Below, in pieces: positions 1 to 17,888 of a stretch of DNA of 64,000 nt. Origin of the DNA: the human T2T-CHM13v2.0 reference genome, Homo sapiens; NCBI RefSeq assembly GCF_009914755.1, contig NC_060940.1; one strand, given 5' to 3'. Numbering within the stretch: position 1 is the first letter of the stretch; the number at the start of each line of letters is the position of its first letter. The notes below the pieces were generated by a model. That model had not been told where the DNA came from and made no database searches. It saw only the letters and a program-made list of their open reading frames with translations. The position numbers and the translations under genes were made by a program.

Positions 1-2
1 AT

Positions 3-197
<195 letters not shown>

Positions 198-756
198 TAG
201 TAGAGACGGGATTTCACCATGTTGGCCAGGCTGGTCTCAAACTCCTGACCTCAAGTGATCCCTCCACCTTGGTTTCCCAAAGTGCTGGGATTACAGGCGT
301 GAGCTACCACACCTGGCCAAGCATTCTGTATTGTGTTTCTTTTATTTTTTTATTTTTTGAGATACAGTCTTGTTCTGACACCCAGGCTGGAGTGTAGCCT
401 CGCTCTGTCACCCAGGCTGGATCTCAGCTCACTGCAACCTCCACCTCCCAGGTTCAAGGGATTCTCCTGCCTCAGCCTCCTGAGCAGCTGGGATTACAGG
501 CACATCCCATGATACCTGGCTAATTTTTGTGTTTTTAGTAGAGACGGCGTTTTGCCATGTTGGCCAGGCTGGTCTCATGAACTCCTGGGCTCAAAAGAAA
601 AAGAAAAAGATGCCCACTATTTTAAGCTACCTTTAGAAAGTAGAAATATAGTAGTTACAGAATAGGAATCTGGTATCTTTTACCATGTCAAACAAACCTT
701 TACAGGCCCAATTTCGGCCTTTAAAAAAATCCAAATATATTTAAACGGTCACTTAC

Positions 757-858
757 AATTTATGGATTCTTTGAAATAACTGTCAATTTCATCATCCAGA
801 ACATTTGTTTCTTTATTTTCTCGTATAAAATTCAGCAGAATGTTAGCTTCTGGTATAT
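757..858 (-). CDS. MEIOB: MEIOB exon 10, (D)[33 protein letters not shown](L); gene continues beyond the window start
   Basis: Acceptor ttaag and donor GTAAGT. 102 nt (c.779-880). Confidence 0.96.
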
Positions 859-1251
859 CTTAAATTGAAAATGCATAATAAGTAAAAAGCAAACTGATTA
901 TCATTTAAATCACATTTAAATCATCCAAAATCATTTTAATAGTAAAAAGTGAAGACATGTAAGAATACAATCAAATAGAATATTACGTGGCCATTAACAA
1001 TGTGATGTAGAATTCTGTAAACATAGAGAGATGTACACCACATTACATCTAAAACAGATGTTAGTGAAAAGAGCAGCTTACTAACCTATGTGGTTCAATA
1101 CCCTTTTAATTAAAAAATCTACATATATAAGGGACCGGGCGCAGTGGCTCACGCCTGTAATCCCAGCACTTTGGGAGGCTGAAGCAGGTGGATCACAAGG
1201 TCAGGAGATGGAGACCATCCTGGCTAACATGGTGACACCCCACCTCTACTA

Positions 1252-1443
<192 letters not shown>

Positions 1444-2412
1444 TTATCTGGAAGAATATATACGAAAAAATGATTCTCTCTAGACAGTGGGATTGTAGGT
1501 GATCTTTGTTTTCCTTGTTTATGTTTCTATATATTTTTTCTGAATTTTATACGTATTTCTTTACTTATCATAAAAAAAAGGTTTTCAAAAGGCAATTGAA
1601 ATATATAAAATAGGCTCTATAAAAAGCCTAGCTCCCCACATTGGCACATGAGTGTGCTCAAGGGTCAGGGGTGCTGTGCCAGAAGGCAGGAACGCGAGTT
1701 TGGAAAGAGCTCCCCCATGATGCCCTTGGACCCCAGGACCCCAGCCTCCGGCATATGATTAAGTACCCCAGGCCCCCCTGAATATTTTACAAATTGTCCT
1801 GACAATGTCTGTACTTCCTAACTCCCCTGGGAAGATCTGGGCATTTCTTCCTCCTTGCTCCCAGAATACAAGTCTCCTACCTGTTCTTTCTCAGAACTAG
1901 GTTGTCAAATCCTTGCCAGCACGCAGTGTCCCACGTGATGACTATCCTCACATCCATCTGACCAGCCACTCATCTCCTTCCTTGTTCCAGAAATGTATAT
2001 TATCTCAATTCTTGGCAAGTAAAAGGCATTCAAAAATACTGATAAGGTCATGGGCGAATGAATGAATGCAGAACTCTATTAACTTGGAGAGATATGCATC
2101 ATGAATTGCTGTGCTTCAGATGGGAACATCTGCTGGAGTGAGGCCACAGAAATCCAGCCAATGAGCTTCCTGTGATGGGGGCTGGCAGGGATGGGTGGGT
2201 ACCAGCACTGCAGGTCCTCACTGACAATAGCGTTATCCTGACTGTCAGAGAAAGGCAGGAATTGTGCCCTCCCTATCTGATAAGCACTCTCAGGGCAGAG
2301 AAAGAAACAAGGGAATCTGGACACCTGGCTAGGATGAACACAAGCCATTTAGAGCTTCTTAATTTCTATAAGGCAGGTGTAGCCCAGGAAATTAAAAGTA
2401 AAACTGATATAA

Positions 2413-2769
2413 CTATTTACAATAGCAAAGACATGGAACCAGCCCAAATGACCATCAGTGGTAGACTGGATAAAGAAAATGTGGTACATGTATACCATGG
2501 AATACAATGCAACCATAAAAAGGAATGAGATCATGTCCTTTGCAGAGACATGGATAAAGCTGAAAGCCGCCATTCTCAGCAAACTAACACAGGAACAGAA
2601 AGCCAAATACCATATGTTCTCACTCATAAGTGGGAGCTGAACAATGAGATAACATGGACACAGGGAGGGGAACAACACACACTGGGGCCTGTTGGGGAAT
2701 GGGGGGTGAGGGGAGGGAGAGCATCAGGACAAATAGCTAATGCATGTGGGGCTTAAAACCTAGATGATG
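2413..2769 (+). mobile_element. L1PA (PA7/8-like) 3' fragment, first part
   Basis: ORF2 C-terminal remnant (VDWIKKMWYMYTMEYNATIKRNEIMSFAETW...) followed by L1 3'UTR. Confidence 0.9.
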
Positions 2770-2848
2770 GGCTGGGCGTGGTGGTTCACGCCTATAATCC
2801 CAGCACTTTGGGAGGGTGAGGCGGGCGGATCACGAGGTCAGGAGATCA

Positions 2849-3385
<537 letters not shown>

Positions 3386-4673
3386 TTAGGGCCAAGCAAG
3401 GTGGCTCACACCTGTAATCCTTCAGGAGGCTGAGGCAGGAGGATTTCTTGAGGTCAGGAGTTTGAGACCCCCCAAAAAAAAGAAGAAAAGAGAAGAGGGG
3501 AGGGGAGGGGAGGGGAGAAAGAAAAAACAGAGAAAGAAAGAGAGAGAAAGAAGGAACTACTTTGTGATTACTTTAATATGACCTACTGATCAGAAAACAA
3601 AGTTCCCATATAAATCGGGCTGCCCTTGAGTAGCCTAAAAACGGCTGTAGACACTATCATTCCTGTCCCCGTTTTAGGGTTGTGTGGCAGGGCAGGGACT
3701 GAAATACACTCTATCAAGTTTACCTCACAGCTCGCTGAATGCCTGTGTGCTCTCTCAAGTTTCCTGAAATGGCATTATCTACAAATGATAATGCCAACAT
3801 TTTAAAAAATGTTTCCAAAGTAACAATCATGGCTTTATTTTATTATTATTATTATTTTTTGAGACAGGGTCTTGCTCTGTCACCGAGGCTGCAGTGCAGT
3901 GGCATGAACACAGCTCACTGCAGTCTCTACCTCCAGGGTTCAAGCGGTCCTCCTATCTCAGCCTCCTGAGTAGCTGAGATCACAGGCACGTGCCACCATG
4001 CCCAGCTATTTTTTTTTAATTTTTTGTAGAGATGGAGTCTCACTTATGGCTTGTCCCTTCTTGTAGGCAAAAAGATGATAAATTTTGATCCAGTAGTATC
4101 TTTTTCTATCAGTGACTGCTACTGATATTAAACACATTAAATATCCTCCACAAAAGCAATAGCAAAATTCCTCTTCCACACAATGTAATGTGGCTTGCAG
4201 AATACATTATTTCATGCTAAATTCCATTGTTACTCTCTTCATCTCTTCAGGTGAATTAAGCATCATCTATGATAACTAGGTAACTCATCTCCTAGAACTA
4301 TGTTACAGAACATGCCTTCAGGGAGTGATCTAAAACTTCCCTCTTTTCCTCCTGGTCCCTCCCGCATGTCTGGCATAAGCCAGCAATAGCAATAAGGAGA
4401 ATCCTATCATCTTATCCCTTCTCCTTTTTTTTTTTTTCCTTTTTTTTTTTTTTTGGAGACAGAGTCTCACTCTGTTGCCCAGGCTGGGATGCAGTGGCAT
4501 GATCTCGACTCACTACAACATCCACCTCCCCAGCTGAAGCGATCCTCCTGCCTTAGCCTCCCTAGTAGCTGGGACTATAGGCACCATACCACCACGCCCG
4601 GCTAATTTTTGTATTTTTAGTAGAGATGATATTTCACCATGTTGACCGGGCTGGTCTTGAACTCCTAACCTCA

Positions 4674-4769
<96 letters not shown>

Positions 4770-5183
4770 CTAGGCTTCATGGATTTCGGGTCCAGGAATA
4801 TGACAGTTTATGCAAATTCTACACATGGGAATAGCACTTCTCAGGGGAGAGGGTCATAAGCTCCCATCAGATAGGCAAAAGGTATATAAGATGCTCAGGT
4901 GGGGCATGGTGGCTCAGGCCTGTAATCCCAGCACTTTGGGAGGCCAAGACCAGTGGATCACTTGAGCCCAGCAGTTTGAGACCAGCCTGAGAAACACTGC
5001 AAACCCCATCTCTACGAAAAGTACAAAAATTAGGCTGGGCACAGTGGCTCACACCTGTAATCCCAACACTTTGGGAGGCCAAGGTGGGTGGATCACGAGG
5101 TCAAGAAATCAAGACCATCCTGGCCAACATGGTGAAACCCCATGTCTACTAAAAATACAAAAAAGGCTGGGCGCGGTGGCTCA

Positions 5184-5580
<397 letters not shown>

Positions 5581-5654
5581 GTAAAGCTGATATAAACAAG
5601 CACAAAAATTTGTGCATTCTCGCGAGTATTCTCCTTTAAATCTGTTTCCTTGAC

Positions 5655-5900
5655 AGAATAAATCCAAGAAATCTAGATCTGCTGTACAACGTAGTAGCTA
5701 TGATCAGTAACAACGTATGACATTCTTGAAAAGTACTGAGAACAGATTTTACGTGTTCTCACCACAAAAAAAATGATAAGTATGTGAAGTAGCACATATG
5801 TTAATTAGCTTGATTTAGCCATTCTGTAATGTATACATATTTCAAAACAACATATTGTATAAAATGTATTCAATTTTTTGTCAATTAAAAAGTTAAGCAA
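5655..5900 (+). mobile_element. Old L1M (L1MA-like) 3' end
   Basis: Characteristic ttctcaccacaaaaaaaatgataagtatgtga...ttaattagcttgatttagccatt motif. Confidence 0.75.
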
Positions 5901-6153
5901 TAAATAATAAATTTTAAAAATGTGTCTCCTTGAGAAAGAAGGCATTTTTTCTAATGATGTTGGTTATTGCTCAAAATACTTTGACATTTTTTTCTTTGAA
6001 TCTGTCATCAGAGCCAAATGCACAACATCCTATAATATCTGTCTCATTAATTAGATCTTGAGTTTTTTATACCATTGTACAGTCAAGCTTGATCATCTTT
6101 TCCATCAGACAAATCTGTCTTTTAGAAACTTTTCCAGCTCAAATTTGCCCTTA

Positions 6154-6477
<324 letters not shown>

Positions 6478-6607
6478 TTAAAAAAAAAAAAGAATAATAA
6501 ACTATTTTTATTAATAAGTTATTTCTAATAATAAACCATACATAGGCCAGGTGCAGTGGCTCACACCTGTAATCCCAGCACTTTGGGAGGCTGAGGCAGG
6601 CAGCTCA

Positions 6608-6922
<315 letters not shown>

Positions 6923-6949
6923 CTAAGTGTTGATAATAGACTATCGTGT

Positions 6950-7480
6950 GTCACCATCAATTTCCAACAGAGCAGTCAGAGCAAACCTCTCAGAGCCGAG
7001 TCAGATGCTGTCACCGCTCTGCTCCAAACCCCAGCCTGCTACCCCATCCAGAGCAGAAGCCAGTGCACTCTAACAGCCTCCGAGGCCTTCTTCCTGGGTG
7101 CCCCATCTCTTCTCAGAACAGCTCCTGCTGGCCTTGAACTCCTGGGCTCCAGCCACACCAGCCCCTGGGTGTTCCTCCCACACATAGGCACAGGGCTTTC
7201 CCTTGGTTATCCCTTTAGCCTCCTCATCAAGTCTTTGCTCAAACGTCACTCTCCCATGCAGCGTGCCCGACCACCTTGTGGCTCTCTAGGTCCTCCTGAC
7301 TCTGTTCCACCTGTTCTCCTTAAATATTTCATAATTCACGGACATATTATCTTCATTATTTATTCTCTGTCTCTCCCTGCTGAAGGGTAAACTCCATGAG
7401 GGTGGAAATATTTATCCATTTTGTCGTTGCACCCCAGAACAGCACCCAGCATACAGCACATGCTCAGTAAATTAGTTCAG
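6950..7480 (+). mobile_element. L2 fragment
   Basis: L2-type 3' end: aactccatgagggtgg...cagcacccagcatacagcacatgctcagtaaat. Confidence 0.65.
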
Positions 7481-8404
7481 TGAAGAGCAATTCGGGGCAT
7501 GCACATCTCCTCCCATGGTGCTGCCTTCAAGGAGACAACATCCATGTGTTGGATGTGCAAGATTCAGAGTACTCATATAAAAACCAGAGTCTCAGTATTT
7601 TACACCATTCCTCATAGTAATTCTACCTTTTAAAAATGCTGATAATGGTTTGGTCAAAAGCACACATTGCTTTATAATTCTGTCACTGCTGATGCTTTGT
7701 TACAGACCAGCAGTGTGAGCGTATGTTTTAAATGATACACTACATACTATACTCATAGCTTCATGAGATGGCAAAGGATTGATTACTCCATTTCTTTGGC
7801 AGTACTGGCTTGACGGTTATGTCTGCACTATAAAGCACCCTGGGAATGCTCACAGGCACTAATCCCTCATCTCCCCAATCTGGCTTCCTTGATTTCATGC
7901 TGTAATAAACTGTAACTCCTTCAACAACCACTCCAGGGGATCATCTGGGCATTTAATGTGCAGTTATGAGCTAATGATACTACACAGAGAGTACTGTGTG
8001 CACGCATGCATGTGTTATCAATGTCCTAGCAGTAAAAGTTATTTGAATGTAGCAAAACTGAATTTACCTATTAGTCAATAATTTAGCATCCAAGCAATAA
8101 AATCGATCTCTCAAAAATTATCACAATGAATTATACTTTAAAATTAATCTGGTTTTTCACTTTTTTTTTTTTTTTTTTTTTTTTTGAGACGGAGTCTCGC
8201 TCTGTCGCCAAGCTGGAGTGCAGTGGTGCAATCTCGGCTCACTGCAACCTCCACCTCCTGGGTTGAAGTGATTCTCCTGCCTTAGCTTCCCGAGTAGCTG
8301 GTACTACAGGCGCACACTTTTACGCTCGGCTAATTTTTCTATTTTTAGTAGAAACAGGGTTTCACCATGTTGGCCAGGATGGTCTCAATCTCTTGACCTC
8401 GTGA

Positions 8405-8838
<434 letters not shown>

Positions 8839-8942
8839 TGAATTAAATCCAGGCTGAATTTTCATTCTTAAATATACTGTATAAATATTGAAATGTGTTC
8901 AGTCATTTCCAAAGGGATAAAAGGTTTCACAAAGTTTTTTAC

Positions 8943-9038
8943 CTGGATTAGTTGTAATAATGGTTTTTGAGATTACAGTTGCTGTCATGCAGTTCCGAAA
9001 TTTGTCAAAATTTATTCTTACATCTGAGGCAAATATTA
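8943..9038 (-). CDS. MEIOB: MEIOB exon 9, (V)[31 protein letters not shown]
   Basis: Acceptor aaacag and donor GTAAAA. 96 nt. Confidence 0.96.
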
Positions 9039-9122
9039 CTGTTTGGGAAAAAAGCCATTTAAAATTATTACATGGGAGGATATAAATGACAAATATTGGA
9101 CACAATCATTGAATGATAATAC

Positions 9123-9175
9123 CTGTTTCTCGTGGCATCCAGCTCTGTGCAAGTAGAATGGATTCATTATCCCAA
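9123..9175 (-). CDS. MEIOB: MEIOB exon 8, WDNESILLAQSWMPRET
   Basis: Acceptor tgcag and donor GTATTA. 53 nt, followed by an 84-nt intron. Confidence 0.96.
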
Positions 9176-10003
9176 CTGCATTTGTTTAAAAAGAAGTAAT
9201 ACAAATTGAATACACTAGAAAAAACTGATAGTGACATATTATTTACAACAATAAAAGAAAGCTTCAGTGGCTGGGGTCAGCCATCCCCAAGGTGGTCAAA
9301 GACCTCCTAGTCTTAAGCATGCCAGCTTCCTCCTAGGGAGAATTTAACAACTCCATGAGAGAACATTCCTTCAACACACACTCTCCTCTAGTAATACTCT
9401 GCTCTGCCAATTCTTAATTTATTTTTCCAACACTTAATCACTCCAGGCTAGTTAGAACTAAAGCCTGAAGACTTTAAACTCACACTTTCAGACCATGAAG
9501 GTGAGTGTCCCCCAGTGGATAAACTGCTCAGGGGCCTTGATGGGTTGAAGACACTTTTGAAATCAGTTCCTTTGGTACCCAGGCATCAGAGGTCTAGACA
9601 ATGCCTTGTTGTACCTGGCAGTGCTTCAGGGTGCAGTCCCCACCCTGGCCCACGTGCCCCTGTGTCCTGCCCTGCTCCAGGATACTTCCCAGGAAGCACA
9701 GAGGGAAACTCTGGCTTGTTCCATGGGACCTAATAAAACATCATTTGTTACACGACAGAATTCAATAATAAAACTGGGCACGGTGGAGTCCCCCTAAGCA
9801 ATTCCATGCCATCTAAAGACCTCATTTTAAGGTGGTGTCCGTAACAACTCAACATTCAAGAGTGAGATTTATTTTTTAAAATATCATTCATCTCCTATCA
9901 TTATCCTCTCTTGATATGAAGTCCATCATATTTTTGATAAAATGAAAATGTCCTGGTGATAACTACAGGGATTTCACAGTTTGGAACAGACATCGGTGTT
10001 TAC

Positions 10004-10104
10004 CATGTCATCGCAAAAGACGACTCTGTTTCATCATAGAGTCTAACTTCACACCTCTGGCCTTTTCTCCGGTCTGAAGTTGTAAAGTATTTTGGCTCTC
10101 CAAC
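10004..10104 (-). CDS. MEIOB: MEIOB exon 7, [33 protein letters not shown](C)
   Basis: Acceptor tctaag and donor GTAAAC. 101 nt. Confidence 0.96.
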
Positions 10105-11118
10105 CTTAGAAATGGAAATAAATCATTACTCTTCACCTATATGTAGAAGTTCTTAAGTATTTGTTGATGAAAATACTCAAATGTTCACCTTTTAAACACC
10201 AAATTAGAAATATTAAACTAGCAACAACCAGTAATATATAGTTGATTATTTTAAAGCATCTATCTCTAAACTACATGTACGTAGCTGAAGTTGTAAGTCA
10301 CACAACACTTTGAAGAGACACAGGGAGACAGGTGCTTGAAGTAGAGACTGAAAGTCTTTTTAACATGTCACAACAAAGCTCCATGACAGGCCCCTCTGGG
10401 GCATCTACGTGGACTCCTCGAGGGCAAGGACTGTGTTTCCAGCACCTGTGTATCCCCACGGCTCAGCGTGGAACTCATGTGACTGAATGGACTCAGGCTC
10501 TCTGGGGCTCAGCACCTCCGTCTTCTTAGTGAACATCAAATATAGCATATCTGTGGTATAAAAAGTGTCCACAGGAAACAAACAAATATAGGATATGTCC
10601 TTTGCCTTCTCCACAGGGCTACCATGGTGAGAGCCACATGCGAGATACACAGGAAACTTTGACACTGTCCAATTCTGTCCATTGTGGGGTAAGATGATCA
10701 AAGAAGTGGAAATGCTCTTGCCCATTAAAGCAAGTTAAAAAAAAAAAAAAAGAAGAGTTGAAACTAGGACCCTTCTCTCCACCCAGTGGCTTCTCATGTG
10801 GGAACGGCAGGCACCTCTGAGAGATGCACAGCAGCAGGCCCAGCATGGACAGTCACTGGCCGCCCCCACCTCTGCCACCACTGCATCTGTGGTGCCCAGA
10901 GAAAGGGATCTAGAAAGGACAGCCAGAGGCTGAGAGGTCAGCCTAACATCTGGGGTTGGGGAGGTGGAGAACACTGTATTAAAAAGGAGTTTTAACATGA
11001 AACGCCAGTGGGGGTGAGAGGAAGAAACAACAGGTTAAATGAAAGTGTGAAGAGTGGCCGGGCGCGGTGGCTCACGCCTGTAATCCCAGCACTTTGGGAG
11101 GCCGAGGTGGGTGAATCA

Positions 11119-11449
<331 letters not shown>

Positions 11450-12024
11450 TCACTGAGGGGGTGGGAAAGCTGCCGCAGTTTCCTGCTTATACTACTATAT
11501 TCATTCAGGGTTGTAGACAATTCTTACTTCATTATAAACGTAATAGCACTGTCTAGAATTTGGGGAAATCGCAAACAATTGAGCACTCCTTTGAACAACT
11601 GAATAGGATTGAACATAAACTGCCTACAAAGTGACTTCTCCTGTTTTTCAAGATGATCATATAGCAGGCTTATTCCTTCTCCCTAAAGTATACAGATGCT
11701 CCCCAGGTGGCAGGCATGTCCTCCACAGCCAGGGCCCTGCCATCTGAAAGGGTCACGTTCTCTCAGTCACCATTTACTATAACAAGCAATTCACATTTAC
11801 TTACATGAACTATCATAAGCATGTGTGTTTTTTCCTTTTTTTTTTTTTTGTCTCTTGACTATCATCCCTCTCTATATTAAGAAATTACTCTTGCCTCTTT
11901 ATTTATTTATTTATCAACACAGAATCTCGCTCTGTCGCCCAGGCTGGAGTGCAGTGGCGCCATCTCAGCTCATTGCAACCTCTGTCTCCTGGGTTCAAGT
12001 AATTCTCCTGCCTCAGCCTCCTGA

Positions 12025-12402
<378 letters not shown>

Positions 12403-12632
12403 TAGTAGAGACGGGGTTTCACCGTGTTAGCCAGGATGGTCTCGATCTCCTGACCTCGTGATCCTCCCGCCTCAGCCACCCAAAGTGCTGGGATTACAGG
12501 CGTGAGCCACCGCACCAGGCCACCCAGCTAATTTTTGTATTTTTAGTGGCGATGGTGTTTCACCATACTGGCCAGGCTGGTCTCGAACTCCTGACCTTGT
12601 GATCCACCCGCCTCAGCCTCCCAAAGTGCTAG

Positions 12633-13001
<369 letters not shown>

Positions 13002-13637
13002 TGAGGTCTACATCTCAATCTCCGCCTTGTGGCTCTGGTCTGTCCAACTACAGAGCTCAGAACTTGCTACAGTAATTCAGACAGACGCTGATGCACCAGA
13101 AGGGAACACCCCCCTGGTGCCCCATGGAGGGCCATCCTCCCGTGCACCTCACCAGCATGGTCCCACTGCACCTATTAGACCATGGAGCCCTACAGCAGGG
13201 CAGTGTGTATTCCCACTCCCTCCCTGGTTGCTGGGCAGCTCTGAGCACAAAGGCACAGAACTGATCCCTTAACTTATTCAACTACGCCCCTTCAAGGAAG
13301 GTCATGGAGATTTTCGAGTCAATAAGCTTACCCTTTCCATTTACATCTTTGTTTAAGCAATGTATAAAAAGTTCTCCTATAGTTAGCAGATCATTTACGA
13401 GCAGAGTGGAACACTGCATTTAGCATTCAAATACAATTTTATTTTACTACTCATCCACAAATAAAAAGCTAGTTTCCCTTTAATGAGAAGTGTTACTGTT
13501 TTCTTAATTCAGCATACTACCAAGATAGAGAAGAAAAGTTACCCCAGCTGATCATGACCACTCCATCCCAAACACAGATCAAGTGACTGCACCTCCCCTG
13601 CCCAATTGCACTTGGCTTTGTCGGGGTTTTAACTTAC

Positions 13638-13833
13638 CGATTTCACAGCTGCAAGCACGTTAATAATCCTCCCATTAAGACTGTGTCCATTTGCAACAAT
13701 GTCACCCAGTGAATAATAATCATGAGACTCTTTAACAGGTAAATGTATCAAAGAAAGTAACTTTGTGTCCACTTCATAACTGGAACAAACTTTTACTGTT
13801 GAGTGATTCTCACTGAGCAACAGTTTACAGTTG
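13638..13833 (-). CDS. MEIOB: MEIOB exon 6, [16 protein letters not shown]...[11 protein letters not shown]
   Basis: Acceptor atttag and donor GTAAGT. 196 nt. Lies within ORF 13629..13904. Confidence 0.97.
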
Positions 13834-14789
13834 CTAAATTGCAAAAATACAAGAAAGTTATTTGAAAGTGATCTTTGGAAAGAAAAATATTTCCAGGTCC
13901 ACATTTAAACTACATTTTTCATTGAAATTTAGACAATACTAATATATACTTTTTACTCTTAGAAACATTGAATAATACAGCAAAACATTTTTTGTTTACA
14001 GTGCACTTTCATTAAGGAAATGTTTTGAGAATTGATTCGTGTCGGGGTTCTAAACATACCATTTGTCTGATCTTGCCCAAGACTCTGCGCTTGTTTCCTT
14101 CTCCAAAAAAATAGGAGCATAAAAGCGCTCTGAAACTTTCAGGGGTTATACAAACCCGAGGACTGGTTGTTTCTCTCTCTTATGGACCTGGCTGTTCTGC
14201 CTTAGTGCCTCAGGTCAGGGACTGTGTTTTTCCTACCCCTGCTGAGCTCTGCATGGAGCAGACGCAGAACACTGGCACAGTGAGCCCGAACTGAGGAGCT
14301 CTCCCTCCTGCACCGAGTCCCTCCCGGCCCTTGCACTCTGTGCCCCAGCAGTCCTCTAACCCAGCCCCACCTCCTCCCCACTGCTCGGCCTCACTTACCT
14401 ATCTCATCACTTCTCTCCCAAGCCACTGCCTTGCTATCCTAACTAAGCTTCATTCCCCTACAGTCCATCCTCCATAAGCAAAGTGATCTTCCTAAACCAC
14501 AAATATGAAAATATTATTTCCCAGCTCAAAGACCATCATTGTGGCTACCAGTCACAAAGGAAATAACTCGGTATGAAAGCAAAGCTGTCTGTAAAATATC
14601 TCTGCTTCCACCTTAAGCTTCTCCTCCTGCCCATGCCCTGCATTCCAGCCATATCAGACTATTACATTATGAAATTGGTATTTCTAGATGAAAAATAGTA
14701 AAACATCAGCAGTTTCATATGGCTCAAACTAATATTAACTGTTCTGGAAAAGACAGGAGGTTTCCTGTTTCTTCCCTCTACCAAGAATG

Positions 14790-15600
14790 TTCTCTCCATC
14801 TAACCATCCATCCATCACTTCCATGAATACTGAGAATCTGTTATATACCAGACCCTATGCTAGGCACAAGGGATATGGTGGTGAAGAAGGCAGACAAGAC
14901 CTTTGATCTCATGAGGCTCACATATGTGAGGGGGAGACCCAAGAACAATGAATCAAACAATCTCAGACGGTGACTTGGGTTATGGTGACAAAAGCCAGGG
15001 CAAAATCCAAGTAATTGACCATTAGCGCTACCACAAACAGAGTAGATGGGGAAGGTTGAAGAAGATGACATTTAAGCTGTGAGTCAATAACCCAAAGAAG
15101 CAAATAGTCAAACAGATGGGAGAAAGTTCTATGCAGAGAGAGAATAGAAAATACAAAAGTTTGGCCAGGCGCGGTGGCTCACGCCTGTAATCCCAGCCCT
15201 TTGGGAGGCCGAGGCGGGCGGATCACTTGAGGTCAGGAGTTCGACACCAGCCTGGCCAACATAGCGAAACCCCGCCTCTACTAAAAATACAAAAATTAGC
15301 TGGGTGTGGGGCGTGTGCCTGTAATCACAGCTACTTGGGAGGCTGAGGTGGGAGAATGGTTTGAACCCAGGAGTTAGAGGTTACAGTGAGCCGAGATCGT
15401 GCCACTGCACTCCAGCCTGGGCAACAGAGTGGGACTCTGTCTCAGTAAAAAATAAAAAATAAAAATAAAAGGAAATACAAACGTTCTTAGTGCAGAATGA
15501 GTTCACGGTGTTCATGAAATATAAAGAAATTCACTGTGGCTACAGAGAAATGAGGCTTGAGAGTCTGGCATAAGATGAGGTCAGAAAAGAAGGTGGGAAC
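14790..15600 (-). mobile_element. L2 fragment interrupted by an Alu (15163-15470)
   Basis: ccatccatccatc...tactgagaatctgttatataccagaccctatgctaggcac, typical of the L2 3' end on the opposite strand. Confidence 0.6.
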
Positions 15601-15624
15601 GGGTCACAGTTGATGCGAGTGTAA

Positions 15625-15968
15625 ATGCCGTAGACTGCCGTGCCCACCAAGAGCCCTTTACAGGCTGGTACAGGGCACAGCTACACCCTTCTCTCCAGAA
15701 CTGCCAGACCCGCCTTTGAGCTGATGCCCCGCCCCATCCTGGGGGTTTGGGGAGTGGATGGACTACAGCCAGGGCACTGCTCTAAGGGGCCACTCCCACT
15801 CCAGAGCTCCCTCCCGGCTCCTGCTGAGGCTCCAGGTGAACCCACTTCTCTGCTCAGCTGCTTCCTGGTCTACCCTCGCAGGGTTCCCCTGAGAGCTCAC
15901 CCTCAACCAACCACTCGCACAAGAGTCCTCCTCTCAAGCTCTGCTTCTAAGGAATCTGCCCTAAGATG
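15625..15968 (+). mobile_element. ERVL-type solo LTR (LTR16/LTR33-like)
   Basis: Ends in ctcaagctctgcttctaaggaatctgccctaaga, resembling the LTR16-family 3' end. Confidence 0.55.
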
Positions 15969-16305
15969 GTAAGCCTGTGAGTAGAAGGATACCTTGACAT
16001 GAAAAAAGACAGATGTAATTTCCAAAGTTTATCTTTTCTCCTCATTCAGTTTTAACATGACAAAGTCAAATTTTTGTAAATCTAAGAATGAGAATCAAAG
16101 TACTAAAACCAAAGCCATTTTTCATGTGACTCTGTATCAAAGTAAATTATGTCATAATCAAAGATGAATTTTGTAAGAGAAAATTAAACTCCTCATTTTT
16201 ATTGAAATAGAAACAGAACACTTTTAGTAAGATCTCTGCTAATCTGATACAACATTATTAGTAATGATCATTCTGGCACAATCTCTGTGCTAGACAGATG
16301 CTTAC

Positions 16306-16378
16306 CTAGGAGTTGCAGGGCTGAATTTTTCTTCTCTTTCTATTTCCTTTCTTTGGATCAGAGGATTTTCAATTATCA
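16306..16378 (-). CDS. MEIOB: MEIOB exon 5, (V)[23 protein letters not shown](S)
   Basis: Acceptor ttttag and donor GTAAGC. 73 nt, phases consistent with neighbours. Confidence 0.96.
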
Positions 16379-17386
16379 CTAAAACAGAGGGCAAAGTATG
16401 ATGATATTACAAAACAGTAACAAGATAAACACTAACATCCTAAATAACATCCTGTTTAATTTATGATCATCATCGACTCTAGGCTTTAAAAATTCCTCAC
16501 CTCATTCATCTTCTCCATCATCAACATATAACATATTTTGATACTGAGATGTCAAAATTGAAATCTTTATCTCCATATGTAACTAATATTCCAGCATTTA
16601 TTCAAGGGATGTCTATAGCTATACTGGGCCCTATGAAGTTTGTGAAGCTTTCTGCCTTCATAGTCCATATGTTCAATGACCCTATTATTCAACTAGAGAG
16701 ATACCACACATTGTCCTGAAAGTTAACAATACAAGGCAATATATGATTAGGTTCTAAATAACCGGTATGGGGAGTCAGCTGCTTGAGACCACAGTATTAA
16801 AGAGGAGTGTTTTCATTACCTGCATTACTCTTTTCTCTTTTTCTATCGTGAAGAACTAGTATACATGCTTTCTTGTTCCTTTTATGAGGCTAGGGCTCAT
16901 AAAAGTTATCTGTTGAGTGACTAAGTTCCACACGTTATACTAGGTACACCATCTCATTTAATATTTACAAGAACCTAATGAGGTATTATTTCATAGTTGA
17001 GACCCAACAAGATTAAGAAATTTTCTCAAAGCCATAATGTAAGTAAATGTTGGAACTGGGATTTGAATCTAGACCTCTGTGTTTTCAAAGTCTCCTGTTC
17101 TTTCTACTATATGAGGCTGTTCTGTCAAAGAGATACTGGGGTGAGTAGATGTAAAAGATTTGGTATTTCAACTAAAAGTAAAGTTCCTTAAAATCCCATT
17201 AACAATTTAAATATCAGTTTTTATCAAAATCTATTCAGTGGTCAAATGTCAACTTTTATCAAAATCTATTCAGTGGCTGTATTATATGTCTATAGAAAGA
17301 TAACCAATTATAACAATACAATGGGTTGATGCAAACTGAAATATGTAATAAACCAAAGACAGTAAGGTTATTTAGTAAAAACATAA

Positions 17387-17757
<371 letters not shown>

Positions 17758-17888
17758 TGACTTTTTCTGATAAAGTTCTTGAGAATTACGAACTGTGTCT
17801 CATTTCAACTCCTTCAGTATAGTTACCATAAACATACCACAGGAATAACACTATGATGGAAAAAGTTTAAGAATCAATGCCAACTTAC

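Noticed and set aside
2458-2640. 60-aa ORF with real protein similarity
   Set aside because: It is the C-terminal remnant of L1 ORF2p in a truncated element.
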